Shown: piece by piece, positions 26,675-40,324 of the stretch
How positions within the stretch are numbered: position 1 is the first letter of the stretch
How the letters are laid out: each line of letters begins with the position of its first letter
Assembly (NCBI RefSeq): GCF_001194135.2
Contig: NC_069000.1
Coordinates: forward strand, 8,962,292-9,026,291
Length of the DNA: 64,000 nt
Direction: 5' to 3'
From: Octopus bimaculoides
Lineage: Eukaryota
The notes under the pieces: generated by a model
Told to the model about the DNA's origin: nothing
Database searches by the model: none
What the model saw: only the letters and a program-made list of their open reading frames with translations
Program-made: the position numbers and the translations under genes

Positions 26675-29208
26675 CTTCTGCGAAACTTTTTCTTTTTTAG
26701 TTTAATTGTCAATATACAGGTTGTTAATATACTTAGAGAACTATCACTGTAAAACTGGGGCATTTGGCCATATCTATATGACGACAGCAATGATGACGCT
26801 GCATCTCTGTGCACGTATGTGGGTATTTTAGGGTCTCCATATAATTGTGTCAGTGTGTGTGTGTTTTGTATTCTGATATTGTGTATGTAGTGGGATTTCT
26901 AGAGCGCTGATATTCTCTCATGCCATATCATATCGTCTTTTCCATGCTAAGCACCTCTGTGAGTATGTGTGCGTGTTATTAATTATATAGCAAAGATTAA
27001 GGATAAAAGATAAACTCAGATAAACTGGGTGTGTTCTTGCATATAATACATACACACACATATACATACAGTGTATATATAGGCACAGCTGTGGTTGTGT
27101 GATTAGGAGTTTGGTTCCCAAGCACATGGTCCTGGGTTCAAAACCACTGCATGGTATCTTGGACAAGTGTCTTCTACTATAAGCCCTGGACCAACCAAAG
27201 CCTTGTGAGCAGATTTGGCAGACAGAAACTGAAAGAGGCCCATTACACATATATATATATATATANNNNNNNNNNNNNNNNNNNNNNNNNNNNNNNNNNN
27301 NNNNNNNNNNNNNNNNNNNNNNNNNNNNNNNNNNNNNNNNNNNNNNNNNNNNNNNNNNNNNNNNNAAAATCTCTGTTTTCCTAGTTATTAATACTATATG
27401 TATATATTTAGATAAGGGGTAAAACCCCCCTTTGGTCATGTACGACCATAGGACTGCACCTAGAAAGTTCCCCTCCAAGGCACAAGTCCAGGCAAGGTTG
27501 TTTATGGAAGACCAACAGTCACCCATGCATACCAGCCTCCCCTCTACATGTCACTGATGTTATCCAACAGAAAGGGTCAATAAATTAAGTACCAGTTGTG
27601 TACTGGGGTTGATCTAATCGACTGCCACCCCTCCCCCAAAATTTCAGGCCTTGTGTGCCTAGAGTAGAAAAGATTATTCTGTAGCTTAGAGAGATTTTGA
27701 TGAGGTTACTGTTAATTTTTACAATGACATGGTAGGGTTGGTGTGTGAGGCTAGATCTGGCTGATTTGAACATAAAGCCTGTAGAATATTTTGGCCGGAT
27801 ATGGCTGGTTTCAATGCTGCTTAAAGGGTTAAAAACAAAAACAAAAAAAAATTCTTGTCTAAGCTGCCATCTGTTGGTATTGAACTTGTGCCTTTGTGAT
27901 TCCACAGCACACTTCTAAGCCATTCAGACATGCTGTCCCCACAGCTAACACTAATAACTAAAACATAAATCTAAGACATATAAATCTACTTTTGTTACTT
28001 TTATTTTTATTTTTGTTTTTCTGATTTACTCTTCATGCTTTTTCAGCAACAAAATCCCCTTTTCCTTGTTGTTGTTGTAGTAAGGGTAAGATTAAATCCC
28101 CTAATTTAACCCCCAATTTACAAATATCGCCAGCTCTTTATTCCTAATTTTTTGTTTTTTCTATGGACACAGCTTTAGATTAATATGAAATCAAAGGAAA
28201 GAAAATAATTATGGTGGGTGGGGGGGGTGGATGGGGATGAGATGGGATTTTTTTTTTTTGGTAGTTTTTGTTTTTTTTAGGGGTTTCAGTATCCTTTTCA
28301 ATTCATCGTTTCTATCCTCAAGGCAGCTAAAAACCTTGCTTCCAATACTTTGCCTTCTTAAAACTCGTTAATCTGCTGGGAACTGAGTACAGTGTTATAT
28401 CTCATACTGTGTGTGTGTGTGTGTGTATGTGTCGGTTATAATCGTCTCTCGTTAACTGTTTTCGCTGTGTTCAGTTTGAATAATTGTGGGTTCCAGTGTG
28501 TGTTGCTGTTGTCGTTTGACCCCAGATCAGTCCTGATCCAGTGGATTTGGGATTAAATGCTTGTGGGTGTGTATGTATGCTGATGCTCGTAAAATCTTGT
28601 TTTTTTTTTTTCCAAGGGTGCTGCCCCAGCATGGCCTCAGCCTCTGACTGAAACCAGTAGAGATGAAAGACAGATATATATATATGCATGTCTGTGTGTA
28701 TTTGTGTGTGTGTGTGTGTGTGTATATGTATATGCACAGACATGCCTTTATCTGTGTGCTTGTGTATATATGTGTGTGCGCAATGATTTTTTTCTTGTAT
28801 GCAATGTCAATTTTTTCATACATACATATGTGTGTGTGTGTGTGTGTGTATATATATGAATGTATATGTATGTATGTGTATATGTATATGTATGTGTATA
28901 TGTATATGTATGTATGTGTATATGTATATGTATATGTATGTATGTGTATATGTATGTATGTGTATATGTATATGTATATATATGTATCTGTATATGTATG
29001 TATGTGTATATATATATGTATGTTTGTGTATATATGTGTGTGTATGTTTGTGTATATATGTATCTATATATATGTGTGTCTGTCTGTCTATGTGTCTATA
29101 TATAAAAAGCTAATCTAATGAGGAGATAAGTCTGTTAATGGAACAAGACACTCATCGTTGAAACTGATGGAAAACGTTTTGCTTTGTATGTAAGCATGTG
29201 TGTGTGTG

Positions 29209-29239
<31 letters not shown>

Positions 29240-29795
29240 CACACACACATGTATGTATGTGTGTGTTTGTACATGTAGATGAAAACAGTATTAAATGTTA
29301 GACTTATGGAAACATCAATTTGAGATTAAATAAAAAGGCAAAAACGCAACGAACCCCTACGAAGAAGATTTGAACCAGCAACCCCATATCTTTTACTTGG
29401 TGACATTTAATACTCAGTTTGAATGAAACAGAAAATGTAAATTCTGACGTGGTGCATTTACCACAATTTGTCACACCCTTCAATTGATAGAGCTATTATT
29501 TAAAGTCCCATCAATATGTGGGCAGGAGTGGTTCTTTAACGCTTTTGTTGCCATATTCCTGCTGAAATATGTTGCTTTTGTTTCAGTTGGTTTTGAAATA
29601 TAACGAAGAATTTAGTGAAATAACTTTACCATTATTTATCAGGTGTTTAGAATATAAATCTGCATGAAGTTTTTGCTGGAAAGTTTATGTGGATCTGGAG
29701 TAGAAAGGGCATGTCATTAATGAGGTCATGAATAATGACAGGATTTTGACACGCCTAGAAAATTGATTGATTGATTGATAGAATGATTAACCCTT

Positions 29796-30115
29796 CATCA
29801 TCGTCATTGTCGTTTAACGTCTGCTTTCCATGCTAGCATGGGTTGGACGATTTGACTGAGGACTGGTGAAACCAGATGGCTACACCAGGCTCCAATCTGA
29901 TTTGGCAGAGTTTCTACAGCTGGATGCCCTTCCTAACACCAACCACTCTGAGAGTGTAGTGGGTGCTCTTACGTGCCACCGGCACGAGGGCCAGCAGGCG
30001 GTACTGGCAACGGCCACGCTCAAAATGGTGTATTTTACGTGCCACCTGCACAGGAGCCAGTTCGGCGGCACTGGCAATGATCTCACTTGAATGTCTTTAC
30101 ACGTGCCATCTGGAT
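29796..30115 (-). mobile_element. RTE-like retroposon 3' end (family D) with (GAT)n tail
   Basis: Palindrome ccatgctagcatgg next to the tail; copies near 6530, 10060, 15741, 23920, 25650, 33212, 35015, 36100. The RTE assignment is an inference from tail type. Confidence 0.65.
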
Positions 30116-31879
30116 AGAGAGATAGATAGGCATAGATGGATTAGATAGATAGGCAGATAGATCGATAGATAGATAAGATAGGCAGAGTGAGATAGACAGA
30201 TACATATGAAATATGTATTCTCTCTCCTCCTGTCTCTCTTTCTATCAACAATTATCTTCTCTTGCTCATTTATTCATTCTCTAGATTATATAATTGCTTG
30301 TGTCTCTCTGCCTCTTTTTCTCTCTCTCTGTTACCTCTCTTTCTCATTCCCATAGTCTCCAGGTCACATAATTCTGCTACCCCCCCCCCATCTCTTGCGC
30401 ATTCTCTCCCCATGCATTCTCAATTATTACAGACCATTCCACTATGTATATTCTTATATAAACTCTAGCACTCTTGCCTTTTTTATCACAAGAACAAACA
30501 GGAACTGCCCCCAAGGGAGCTTTCTCTGCCTGAGATTAATTCGTGGCTGCTAAACTGCATGTTGCCTATCAATTAGTCCCACTAAAATCAACCATGCCCA
30601 TTACTTCAGATTTAAACTGGCTATCCTTTCACTCCACCAACACCACCACCAATAGACTGATCCATAACATCATAACAATAACAATATACATATATATACA
30701 TATATAATTAATATGAAAACTCTGATGGTGTTTAGATTTCCTTTCAGTCGAGGGAGGATGAGAATGTGTGGTGGGTATTTTGTGGGGGTAGCCTAACTAA
30801 TTGATATTTGGTGTAGACCATGTGTGTGTGTGTGTGCATGCTGGTGTCTAGACCCTTGTTGGGTCTCTGTGTGTGTGTTAATATGTCTGCGTGTTCATGT
30901 ATGTGTGTGTTCTTGTTGTTACTTAGCCATCATGCTAGGCCCTGATCGAGCAGATTTAAGATCAAAGAGCCTGTCTGTTTTAATGTATGCATGTATGCTC
31001 ATGCTTCTCTGTGTTGTTACTGTTGTTGTTGTTACCTATACTGGCCCTGATCAAGCATAGGTCTAAACAATGCAAGTGTTAAGGTGTGTGTGTGTGTGTG
31101 TGTGTGTGTGTAGCTGCCCCTATTTTTGTCAGTCCCCTGCTGTGGAAGGAAGTTGCTCTGTTATAAAGGTTCTTGTTAGCAGTTTCACTGAAGTTGCTTC
31201 CAATGTATATTGGAACATCTAAATGTTTATTGTAAGTGATTTATCACATCTGCTTGAAGTCTGTAGGTAAAGGTGGCGGTGGGAGGAGAGGGGGGGGGGA
31301 TAGGAGACAGGATGTGACCTCCACCTCCCTGTACACATATGCACACACTCCATTCCAATTTTGCCTCCCAATAAATGTCTTTTGTTGAACAATTAGTGGT
31401 GTGTAGGTTGTTAGTTTTCTTTCAGTTTCTGCCTACCAAATCCACTCACAAGTCTTTGGTCGGCCCGAGGCTATAGTAGAAGACACTTGCCCAAGCTGCC
31501 ACGCAGTGGGACTGAACTCAGAACCATGTGGTTGGTAAGCAAAGCTAGCTTCTTAACCACACAGTCATGCCTGTGTCATGTTTATGTTTTTGCAGCAGTA
31601 TGGCACACCTTTGCATGGAATCTTTCACTGTTACAACCATGGAGCTGCAGTTCTACCAACCATTATAGTAACAACAACAACTGCAGCAGCAACAACACTA
31701 CCATTCCACCCCTCTCCACCTTCCACACCTTCATTCCTTCGAATAATAAACAAATTACAATAGCCTCGTTTTAATTAACTTTTGATTAAAACATCCATGT
31801 CAATATCACCTCTAACTTCACCTCAACTATCTCTCTCTCTCTTTCTCTCTCTGTCTCTCTATTGTAATCCAGGTGATTT

Positions 31880-32045
31880 CACATTCTCTCTCTCTCTTTG
31901 TTGCTTTCTATCTCTCTCTTTGTTGCTTTCTATCTCTCTCTCTCTTTGTTGCTTTCTATCTCTCTCTCTCTTTGTTGCTTTCTATCTCTCTCCCTCTTTG
32001 TTGCTTTCTATCTCTCTCTCTCTTTGTTGCTTTCTATCTCTCTCT
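31880..32045. repeat. Minisatellite, unit about 24-28 bp ((ct)n ttgttgctttctat), about 6 copies
   Basis: Direct tandem units are visible. Confidence 0.9.
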
Positions 32046-35000
32046 CTCTATCTATCTATCTCCCTACCTACCTTTGTATTTATTTATTTATCTATCTATC
32101 TGTCTGTCTGTCTGTCTATCTACCTACCTTATGTATCTATCTGTCTACCTACCTACTTATCTATCTATCTATCTATCATAATCCAGGTGAATTCACAGTT
32201 AAAAGATAGCAACTGTGTGTCTATGTATGTTTTCCATTGTATTCTATGTTTCAAGTTGGATTCAATCTAGGATTATTCATTGGTTGATTTGGGGGGGTTT
32301 CAGGTTTCTCCCCCTACCACTCATCTCTTATTTTAATATTTCCCTCCACTCCCTCCTTGTACACAAGCCTTCCTTTTTTTTCTTTCTTCCTCACACTCCT
32401 ACTCCATTCCCCCCTACAGTTGTTCTCTGGTTCCCTCCTCCACCACCTCCTTTCTCTCCCTTTTTCTCTCTCTCTCCCTCTCCCCCTCTCTACACCATCT
32501 TCATTATTCTTCATTTTAAGAATCCTCTTCACTCAAAATGCTCTCCAATCTCCTCTCCTCCTCCCACCACCTCTTCCCTCTGTATATCTCCTCTCTCTCT
32601 CTGTCTCTCCCATTCCACTCCATGTTTACCCCTCTCTATTTCCTTTACTGCCTTCTCTCCACACTATCTTTCCCTTCTCTTTCCACACTCTCTCCCTCTT
32701 CATCTTTCTCTCCACACTCTCCCCCCTCTCTCCACACACCCTTGTGCTCCTCTTCCCACTCTCTCTCNNNNNNNNNNNNNNNNNNNNNNNNNNNNNNNNN
32801 NNNNNNNNNNNNNNNNNNNNNNNNNNNNNNNNNNNNNNNNNNNNNNNNNNNNNNNNNNNNNNNNNNNNNNNNNNNNNNNNNNNNNNNNNNNNNNNNNNNN
32901 NNNNNNNNNNNNNNNNNNNNNNNNNNNNNNNNNNNNNNNNNNNNNNNNNNNNNNNNNNNNNNNNNNNNNNNNNNNNNNNNNNNNNNNNNNNNNNNNNNNN
33001 NNNNNNNNNNNNNNNNNNNNNNNNNNNNNNNNNNNNNNNNNNNNNNNNNNNNNNNNNNNNNNNNNNNNNNNNNNNNNNNNNNNNNNNNNNNNNNNNNNNN
33101 NNNNNNNNNNNNNNNNNNNNNNNNNTTTTGTTATTACTATTATTCTTATTTCCGGCTCTTAAATGTTCTGAGTTCAAATCCCGCCTAAATTAATTTTTGC
33201 TTTCTATTCTCCCATCATCATCATCATCATCATCATCCTCAAACATCCGTTTTTCATGCTGGCATGAGTTGGACGGTTTGACCAAAGATGGCTAACTGGA
33301 GAGCTGCTCCAATCTGATTGGGCTTGGTCTCTACAGCTGGATGCTCTTCCTAATAATGCCAACCACTTTACAGTGTGTGCTGGAGGCTTTAAATGTGCCA
33401 CTAGAAGAGTTGGTAAAATAAGTTACCCACCCTCATCAGTATCTGACTGTTCCCTCCCCTCAAAATTGCCATCTCTTGGTGAAATACCAGTCAAATTATT
33501 GGGTTCAGTTTAATCAACTATTTCTTCTCTTCCCTCAACAATTACTGATTTGATGCCTCAATTTAGAAGCAATTATTCTATTACAATTTACCCCAGCCCC
33601 ACCACCACTTATTTTCATTTTGGTAGGATTTTGTTATTTTCTACAGATTTCATTTCCAAGAATTCATTTGGGGTTGGGGGTGGGCGGGGATGGAGTGATT
33701 CGTTTGTTGCTGTCGTTTTGTTTGTTTGTCTTTTTTCTTGTTCTCAGTAAACAAATGCAAAAATATAATCACAATATAATCACAATATCAAACAAAAACA
33801 ATTTTTTTTTTTTTAAATCAACTAAGAGTTAAATTCTAATTTGTTTATGATTGCTGACAACAACTATAATTCCCCTTTTATATTTTCTCTATTTTCCAAC
33901 TTTTCTGTGGAGTTAGTTTCATGACTGGTTGAGCACATTGTTGGGCAGACATGCATGAGGACACAGGATTCCAGTCTATTTAGGGTTTCTTTGTTTTGTT
34001 TTGTTTTCAGTCTTTGTTTTTAAGTTTATTTCTGCATGAAAAAAAAAAAAAGAATTAATACCTGACGAAAAGAAAAAGAAAAAAACCCCAAATAAAGAAC
34101 CTACCACAAAGCCAACCCCTTAGGAGAATAGAGGAAACAAGAGCTTAGGGATTCTCTCTCTCTCTGCCTATTATTACTATTATTATTATTATTATCATTA
34201 CTATTATTATGACCTTTCTTTCACCCTTCACCTCTCTGTTCAGTTTAATCTTCTGGCAAATTAGATTCAAAGGTATTTAAGTGGTAGTAGATGGTGGTGA
34301 TGATGATGATGATGATAAAACTATTGTTTGTTTCGTTTGTCTTTGTGTTTTTGTTGTGTTGTTCTATCGCTGTATTTGTTTAATCTTCACATCTCCACAA
34401 ATGCTCCCCCCCCATCTCGTCTATTATGGCACGGTGATTGCTGTGTCGTCAGCGGAGATTATATCATTTCTATTGACATTATGACTTTCAAAGTTTAATG
34501 ACTGTTGACAGATGTTTCCCCAGTACACACACACACACACACACACACACTGTAAAATAAAGCAGAATAGTCAAAGTAGATTTACTTCAAAGACATTTTA
34601 ACCTCCTCCTCCTCCACAACCACCATCTTCTTTTGCATTTATGTCTCTGTGGTTTCCATCAATCTATAATACTCCTGGTTCTCTTCAGGTGTCATGTTTC
34701 TAATGAATATTTATCATCGTCATCGTCATCATCATTTTACATTCGTTTTTTTATCCATGCTTGCATCAGTGGGACAGGTCGTCCTTTCCAATGCTACCAT
34801 TTGTGGCACACCTTTGTCAGTTCCAAACAGCATAGCTGTAAATCTCACCTGTTTCTTATCTCTGATAAGAATCGTTTCATAAGCTGAAGTCTGTGATACT
34901 GTCGCAGGCAATGTAAAAAAGTATTTTCAGATTCTTCTAGATAAAAAATTTTCATTGGTATGTAATATGCCAGGCAAGTCTACAGCGAATCTTTGTTGTT

Positions 35001-35619
35001 CTCTACCAAACAGTTTCATCATCATCTTCACTTAACGTCCGTTGTCCATGCTGGCATGGGTTGGACATTTTGGCCAGAATATGAATTTATATTCCAAACA
35101 TCAATATAATGAATTAACAAGAAATTATGATGGAAGGTTTTAATTTAATCACTTTAAAACAGTAAGTCTGTATCATAGAACCAGAGGCTTCTTTCAGTTT
35201 CCATTTACCTGATCCACTCACAAAGCTTTGGCCAGCCCGAAGCTATTGTAAAAGACACTTGCCCAAGGTGTCACACAGTGGGACTGAACCCGGAACCATG
35301 TGGTTGGTAAGCAAGCTACTTACCACACAGCCACTCCTGCTCACCATTCCTAAATAGTTTATACCTTCTGCTGTAATTATCTGATAGCAATCTGTCTGAA
35401 GCATCTTGGATAAGAATTTTGGAACTGAAGAGTTGTTATCAGTGTCTTTTGCTTGGAGGATGAGAGAGAAAGAGAGAGAGAGAAAGAGAGAGGGAAAGAG
35501 AGAGAGAGAGAGAGAGAAAGGGAAAGAAAGAGACACACATACAGCATATTCCTCTGTTCACGTGTTTGACTTTCTATCTGAAGGCTCATTCTGAATGCAT
35601 GAATGTGTAATTGTGTTGG

Positions 35620-35665
<46 letters not shown>

Positions 35666-36900
35666 AAAGGGAGGGAGGGGAGAATGAGAATGAGGAGGAA
35701 GAGGGGAGGAAAGAGANNNNNNNNNNNNNNNNNNNNNNNNNNNNNNNNNNNNNNNNNNNNNNNNNNNNNNNNNNNNNNNNNNNNNNNNNNNNNNNNNNNN
35801 NNNNNNNNNNNNNNNNNNNNNNNNNNNNNNNNNNNNNNNNNNNNNNNNNNNNNNNNNNNNNNNNNNNNNNNNNNNNNNNNNNNNNNNNNNNNNNNNNNNN
35901 NNNNNNNNNNNNNNNNNNNNNNNNNNNNNNNNNNNNNNNNNNNNNNNNNNNNNNNNNNNNNNNNNNNNNNNNNNNNNNNNNNNNNNNNNNNCCCCCCCCC
36001 CTGCACCAGCTAAAAATTTGTAAGTGGATTTAGTAAATGAAAACTGAAAAACAAGCTTGCCATACACACACACACATGTGCACACACGCACACACACTAT
36101 AGTTAAAAGCACCCAGTATACTTTGTAAAGTGGTTGGCATTAGGAAGACCATTCAGCCATAGGAAACATGCCAAGGGGGACAGAAGAAGAGCATGGTACC
36201 CTTCTCTGGCTCCACAGCTTCTATCAAACCATCCAGCCCATGCGAAACTGGAAAACAGACTTTAAATGATGATGATGATGATTATATAGGTATGTAAATC
36301 ATTATGATCTGATAACATCAGGGTTAGTATCAGGAAGGGTACCAGACTGTAAGAAAATACTCCAATATCTTATTTGTATAACCCATTAAATTATGGAAGA
36401 AAACACTCAAAAACTAACAAACTCCTAGTTTGTCATGACCACTGAGTAGAATATTATGCTTTGCTGAGGAGGACTAATAAGACTGAAACTTGTTTGCTAC
36501 TTTCACTGTTCGGCTTTAAAGACTAGATCCTCTTCAGTTTCATTGTTTATTTTTTCTAAAAATTTCATTTGACTGATCTGATTGGAGTTACCGCCCTTCT
36601 TTTGTTGAATTTTAAATGGTGTATGAGGGAAAATTTTGATCAACTAAGGATACTTAAAATATTTTGTAGAGAAAAACTCAAACTTGCTGTGTTATTCATA
36701 TGTATTATATTTCTATAATTAATAATTGTAACTTGCTTATGTAAGGTACACATGCGTTCATTCATAGACACAGGCACACATATATATGTGTGTGTGTGTG
36801 TGTTTATGTATATACATACATTTTTAAAACCACATTAATATATACACAACTATTTGTATAAACATGTATACACCTACGTGTGTGTGTGTGTGTGTGTATA

Positions 36901-36941
<41 letters not shown>

Positions 36942-37114
36942 NNNNNNNNNNNNNNNNNNNNNNNNNNNNNNNNNNNNNNNNNNNNNNNNNNNNNNNNNNN
37001 NNNNNNNNNNNNNNNNNNNNNNNNNNNNNNNNNNNNNNNNNNNNNNNNNNNNNNNNNNNNNNNNNNNNNNNNNNNNNNNNNNNNNNNNNNNNNNNNNNNN
37101 NNNNNNNNNNNNNN

Positions 37115-37184
<70 letters not shown>

Positions 37185-37818
37185 AACACACATAACTGGT
37201 GCAGCATCCGAGTCCCTGATATTATAAAGGTTATTTTGGAATTATATGTGGTTGATCTACACAGGAAGAATGATATTGAATTACATTGCTATAATCCCAC
37301 CGTGTGTGTGTGTGTGTGAGAGAGAGAGACTGTGTGAGTGTGTGACTAAATATTTTACTTCAGTCAGGAAGTAGACAACTGAATCAGAACATTGTATTAA
37401 TTATGAGATTGTGTGCATGTATGCATGTGCGCATGTCTTTGTTTTTTGTGTGAGTATATGTGTGTCATTATGTTTACGTAAGTAAGCTCATGTGTCTTTG
37501 TGTCTTTCTGTGTGTATGTGTTTATATAATTACATGTCTTAATGCATGCGTGTGTGTCAGAGAGAGTTGAGAAATATGTGTGTGTTAAAGATATTTGCAG
37601 ATGTGTGGAGGAGTGACAACAATGTCTATTGCTCTGACAACTGGGTGGAAAAATTGGATTGTAGGCTACAGGCATGGTAAATATGGTAAAGAACCTTCAC
37701 TTTGCAACTCCATGGTTCCAGGATTTTATCTTGTTGCATGGGACCTTAAGCAAATGTCTACGGTTGTAGACCCCAGATTTGGCCTATACCTTTTTGATGA
37801 ATTTTGATCAATGGGAAC

Positions 37819-37877
<59 letters not shown>

Positions 37878-40021
37878 TTTTCTACTCTAGGCACAAGGCC
37901 CAAAATTTTTGGTGAGGGGGCCAGTCGATTAGATTGACCCCAGTACGCAGCTGGTACTTGATTTATTGACCCCAAAAGGATGAAAGGCAAAGTTGACATT
38001 GGCAGAATTTGAACTCAGAACATAAAGACAAACAAAATACTGCTAAGCATTTCGCCCTGTGTGCTAACATTTCTGCCAGCACGCTGCCTTGTATGCATGC
38101 ATATATATATATATATTGTGGGAAAGATGTACAGGCCATTATTTACACTCGACAAACATAAACACACACACACACATACATACATACATACATACATACA
38201 GCAGGCTTTTTAGTACTGTTGGGAACCACTGCATTAAAGGGTGATTTGAAGGTGATTTCATTACTATATTTATAAGGCTTGTTTTGTCGGCCCAAGACCT
38301 GCATTGTTGGGTGCATAAATTCAATAGCAGATGAAAGTTAAGTGTTACCTGTCTGAGAACATCATGTGACAATGTTTGTCAGGAGATTGAACAACAAATA
38401 AAATCTTGTAATGCTGCATTCAAATTCACAAGCGTAACGATTTCCTCTTTCATTTCCTGTCAACATAGGATTAGTTTAAGGAATTTGCATAATGAATTTC
38501 TTTCTTTTGTTTTGTTTTTAGAAAAAAAAAAAAAATTTTTTTTTTTCTTAATTAAATTATAAACAGCTGCTTTTAAATAAACTCAATTAATTGTAGATGG
38601 AGGTAGGCATTGAATTTTGGTTAAAAATTCTGCTAACTAAAACAGACCTAGAGAAATTCTGAAATATGATGAATCACTCCTGACCTAGACATTAAAATGC
38701 AGACATTCACAAAATCACACACCAAAGCATGAATTGTTTCTTCTCAGATTGGAAACTGCAAGGTTGTGTGCTTTCAAATCCCAAAGGTTTTCAGCTTCAT
38801 TGCACTCACTTGGCTTCATTCAGGTTTAGTAGATGCTCACACGTTTAATGTAGAGGACTCCCAAAAGGGTTGGCTTTTTGCTTTTTGGTTATTTTTTCTT
38901 AATTAAAATTACATGGGCGCAGGCTTATCTGTGTGGTTAAGGGGGTTTACTTAACGACCAGATGGTTTTTAGGTTCAGTCTGACTGCATGGACCCTTGGC
39001 TTTGTACTTCGGATCTTCTACCATTGACTACCAGATATATAATATGGAGTAGTAACAATAATAATCCTTTCTACTAAAAACACGAGGCCTGAAATTTGGG
39101 AGGAGGGCACTAGTTGATTACATCGATACCAGTGTTTCACTGGTACTTAACTTATTGACCCCGAAAGGGTTAAGGGCAAAGTCAACCTTGGTGGAATTTG
39201 AACTCAGAAAGTAGCGACAAGCAAAATACCACTAAGCATTTCGTCCAACGTGCTAATGATTCTGCCAGCTTGCTGCCTTAAATAACAATGATAATAATAA
39301 TAATAATAACAATAAATGTCCTGATGCAGTACCAGGCAGTGGCTCTCATGGACTTTGATCTTAACTGACTGGAAATGCTATTGTATACATGTTTTGTCTT
39401 GGTATCAACGATGGGTTACAGTAAATATTCTGCTCAATAATACAGATTTGCTTGTCAGTTTGCCCTTAACCAGTTGAGCATGTTCCTTGGTGGCTGACGA
39501 TATGGGCATCTCTGATCACAAGCAGAAGTAGTGGAGTATCATAGCCATGTGTTGAGAGAGATTCTTTTGAGTTTGAATAGCCCATCTCTGGAAAGATGGG
39601 TGTTTCATTCAACATCCTTAAATAACCCTTATTCAGTGACCTTTTAAGTGGGATGGGCTACTCAACCCGAAGAAAATTCTAACTGGGCCCTACCTGCAAG
39701 GTCATGCACTGTTTATTTTGATATGAGATCACCATGTCACACACATATGGTTGTGATGCATATGTCTGGTGTACCCTTATCAGATGGGTAGTCATGATGG
39801 GTATATTAGACTTCATATATTTGTACCCCAGTGTCACTTTGATGGCATCTGCTTCTCTCACACACACACATACACACTCCTTTAGAATGTCTAGTTGTGT
39901 TCAATGCAGTTAGAATGTCTAGTTGTGTTCAATGCAGTTAGAATGTCTACTTGTGTTCAATGCAAGAATGCTAATTTGTGTTCACTGTAATTAATATTTT
40001 ACTTTTTCTTTGTTTTTACAG

Positions 40022-40324
40022 TTTATATTATCTCTGGCAATATCTGGGTATGCCCACCAGCTAACCAATCCGTCCCTGTGGGATCTAATGTAACATTATG
40101 CTGTATCCCGAATGAAGAATGTGAAGTGTTTTGGATAAGGGATAATAATGTGATCATCCGCAATATGACAATAACTGCAAAGATAGACAAAAACCGTTAC
40201 AAGATTCTTAAAAACGGAGAGTTTATGATAATAAATGTAACAGAAGCAGACGATAATGTCTATGCCTGCAACTGTTTGCAATCTTCAAATACAATCAGGG
40301 GAGAATTAAAACTGAATATTTTGC
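40022..40324 (+). CDS. Exon A, Ig domain 1 (YIISGNIWVCPPANQSVPVGSNVTLCC...DDNVYACNCLQ...LKLNIL)
   Basis: tttttacag acceptor ends at 40021; gtgagt donor at 40325; 303 nt; overlaps ORF 40078..40332. Confidence 0.88.

Noticed and set aside
34694-34882. ORF MFLMNIYHRHRHHHFTFVFLSMLASVGQ... looks like a signal-peptide exon for the Ig gene
   Set aside because: The His/Arg run and the following bases are a decayed (CAT)n end of the family D repeat, and the only phase-1 donor (gtggca) is weak
39882-39990. Regularly spaced direct repeats as a CRISPR-like array
   Set aside because: The units abut with no spacers, the context is a eukaryotic intron, and there are no cas genes
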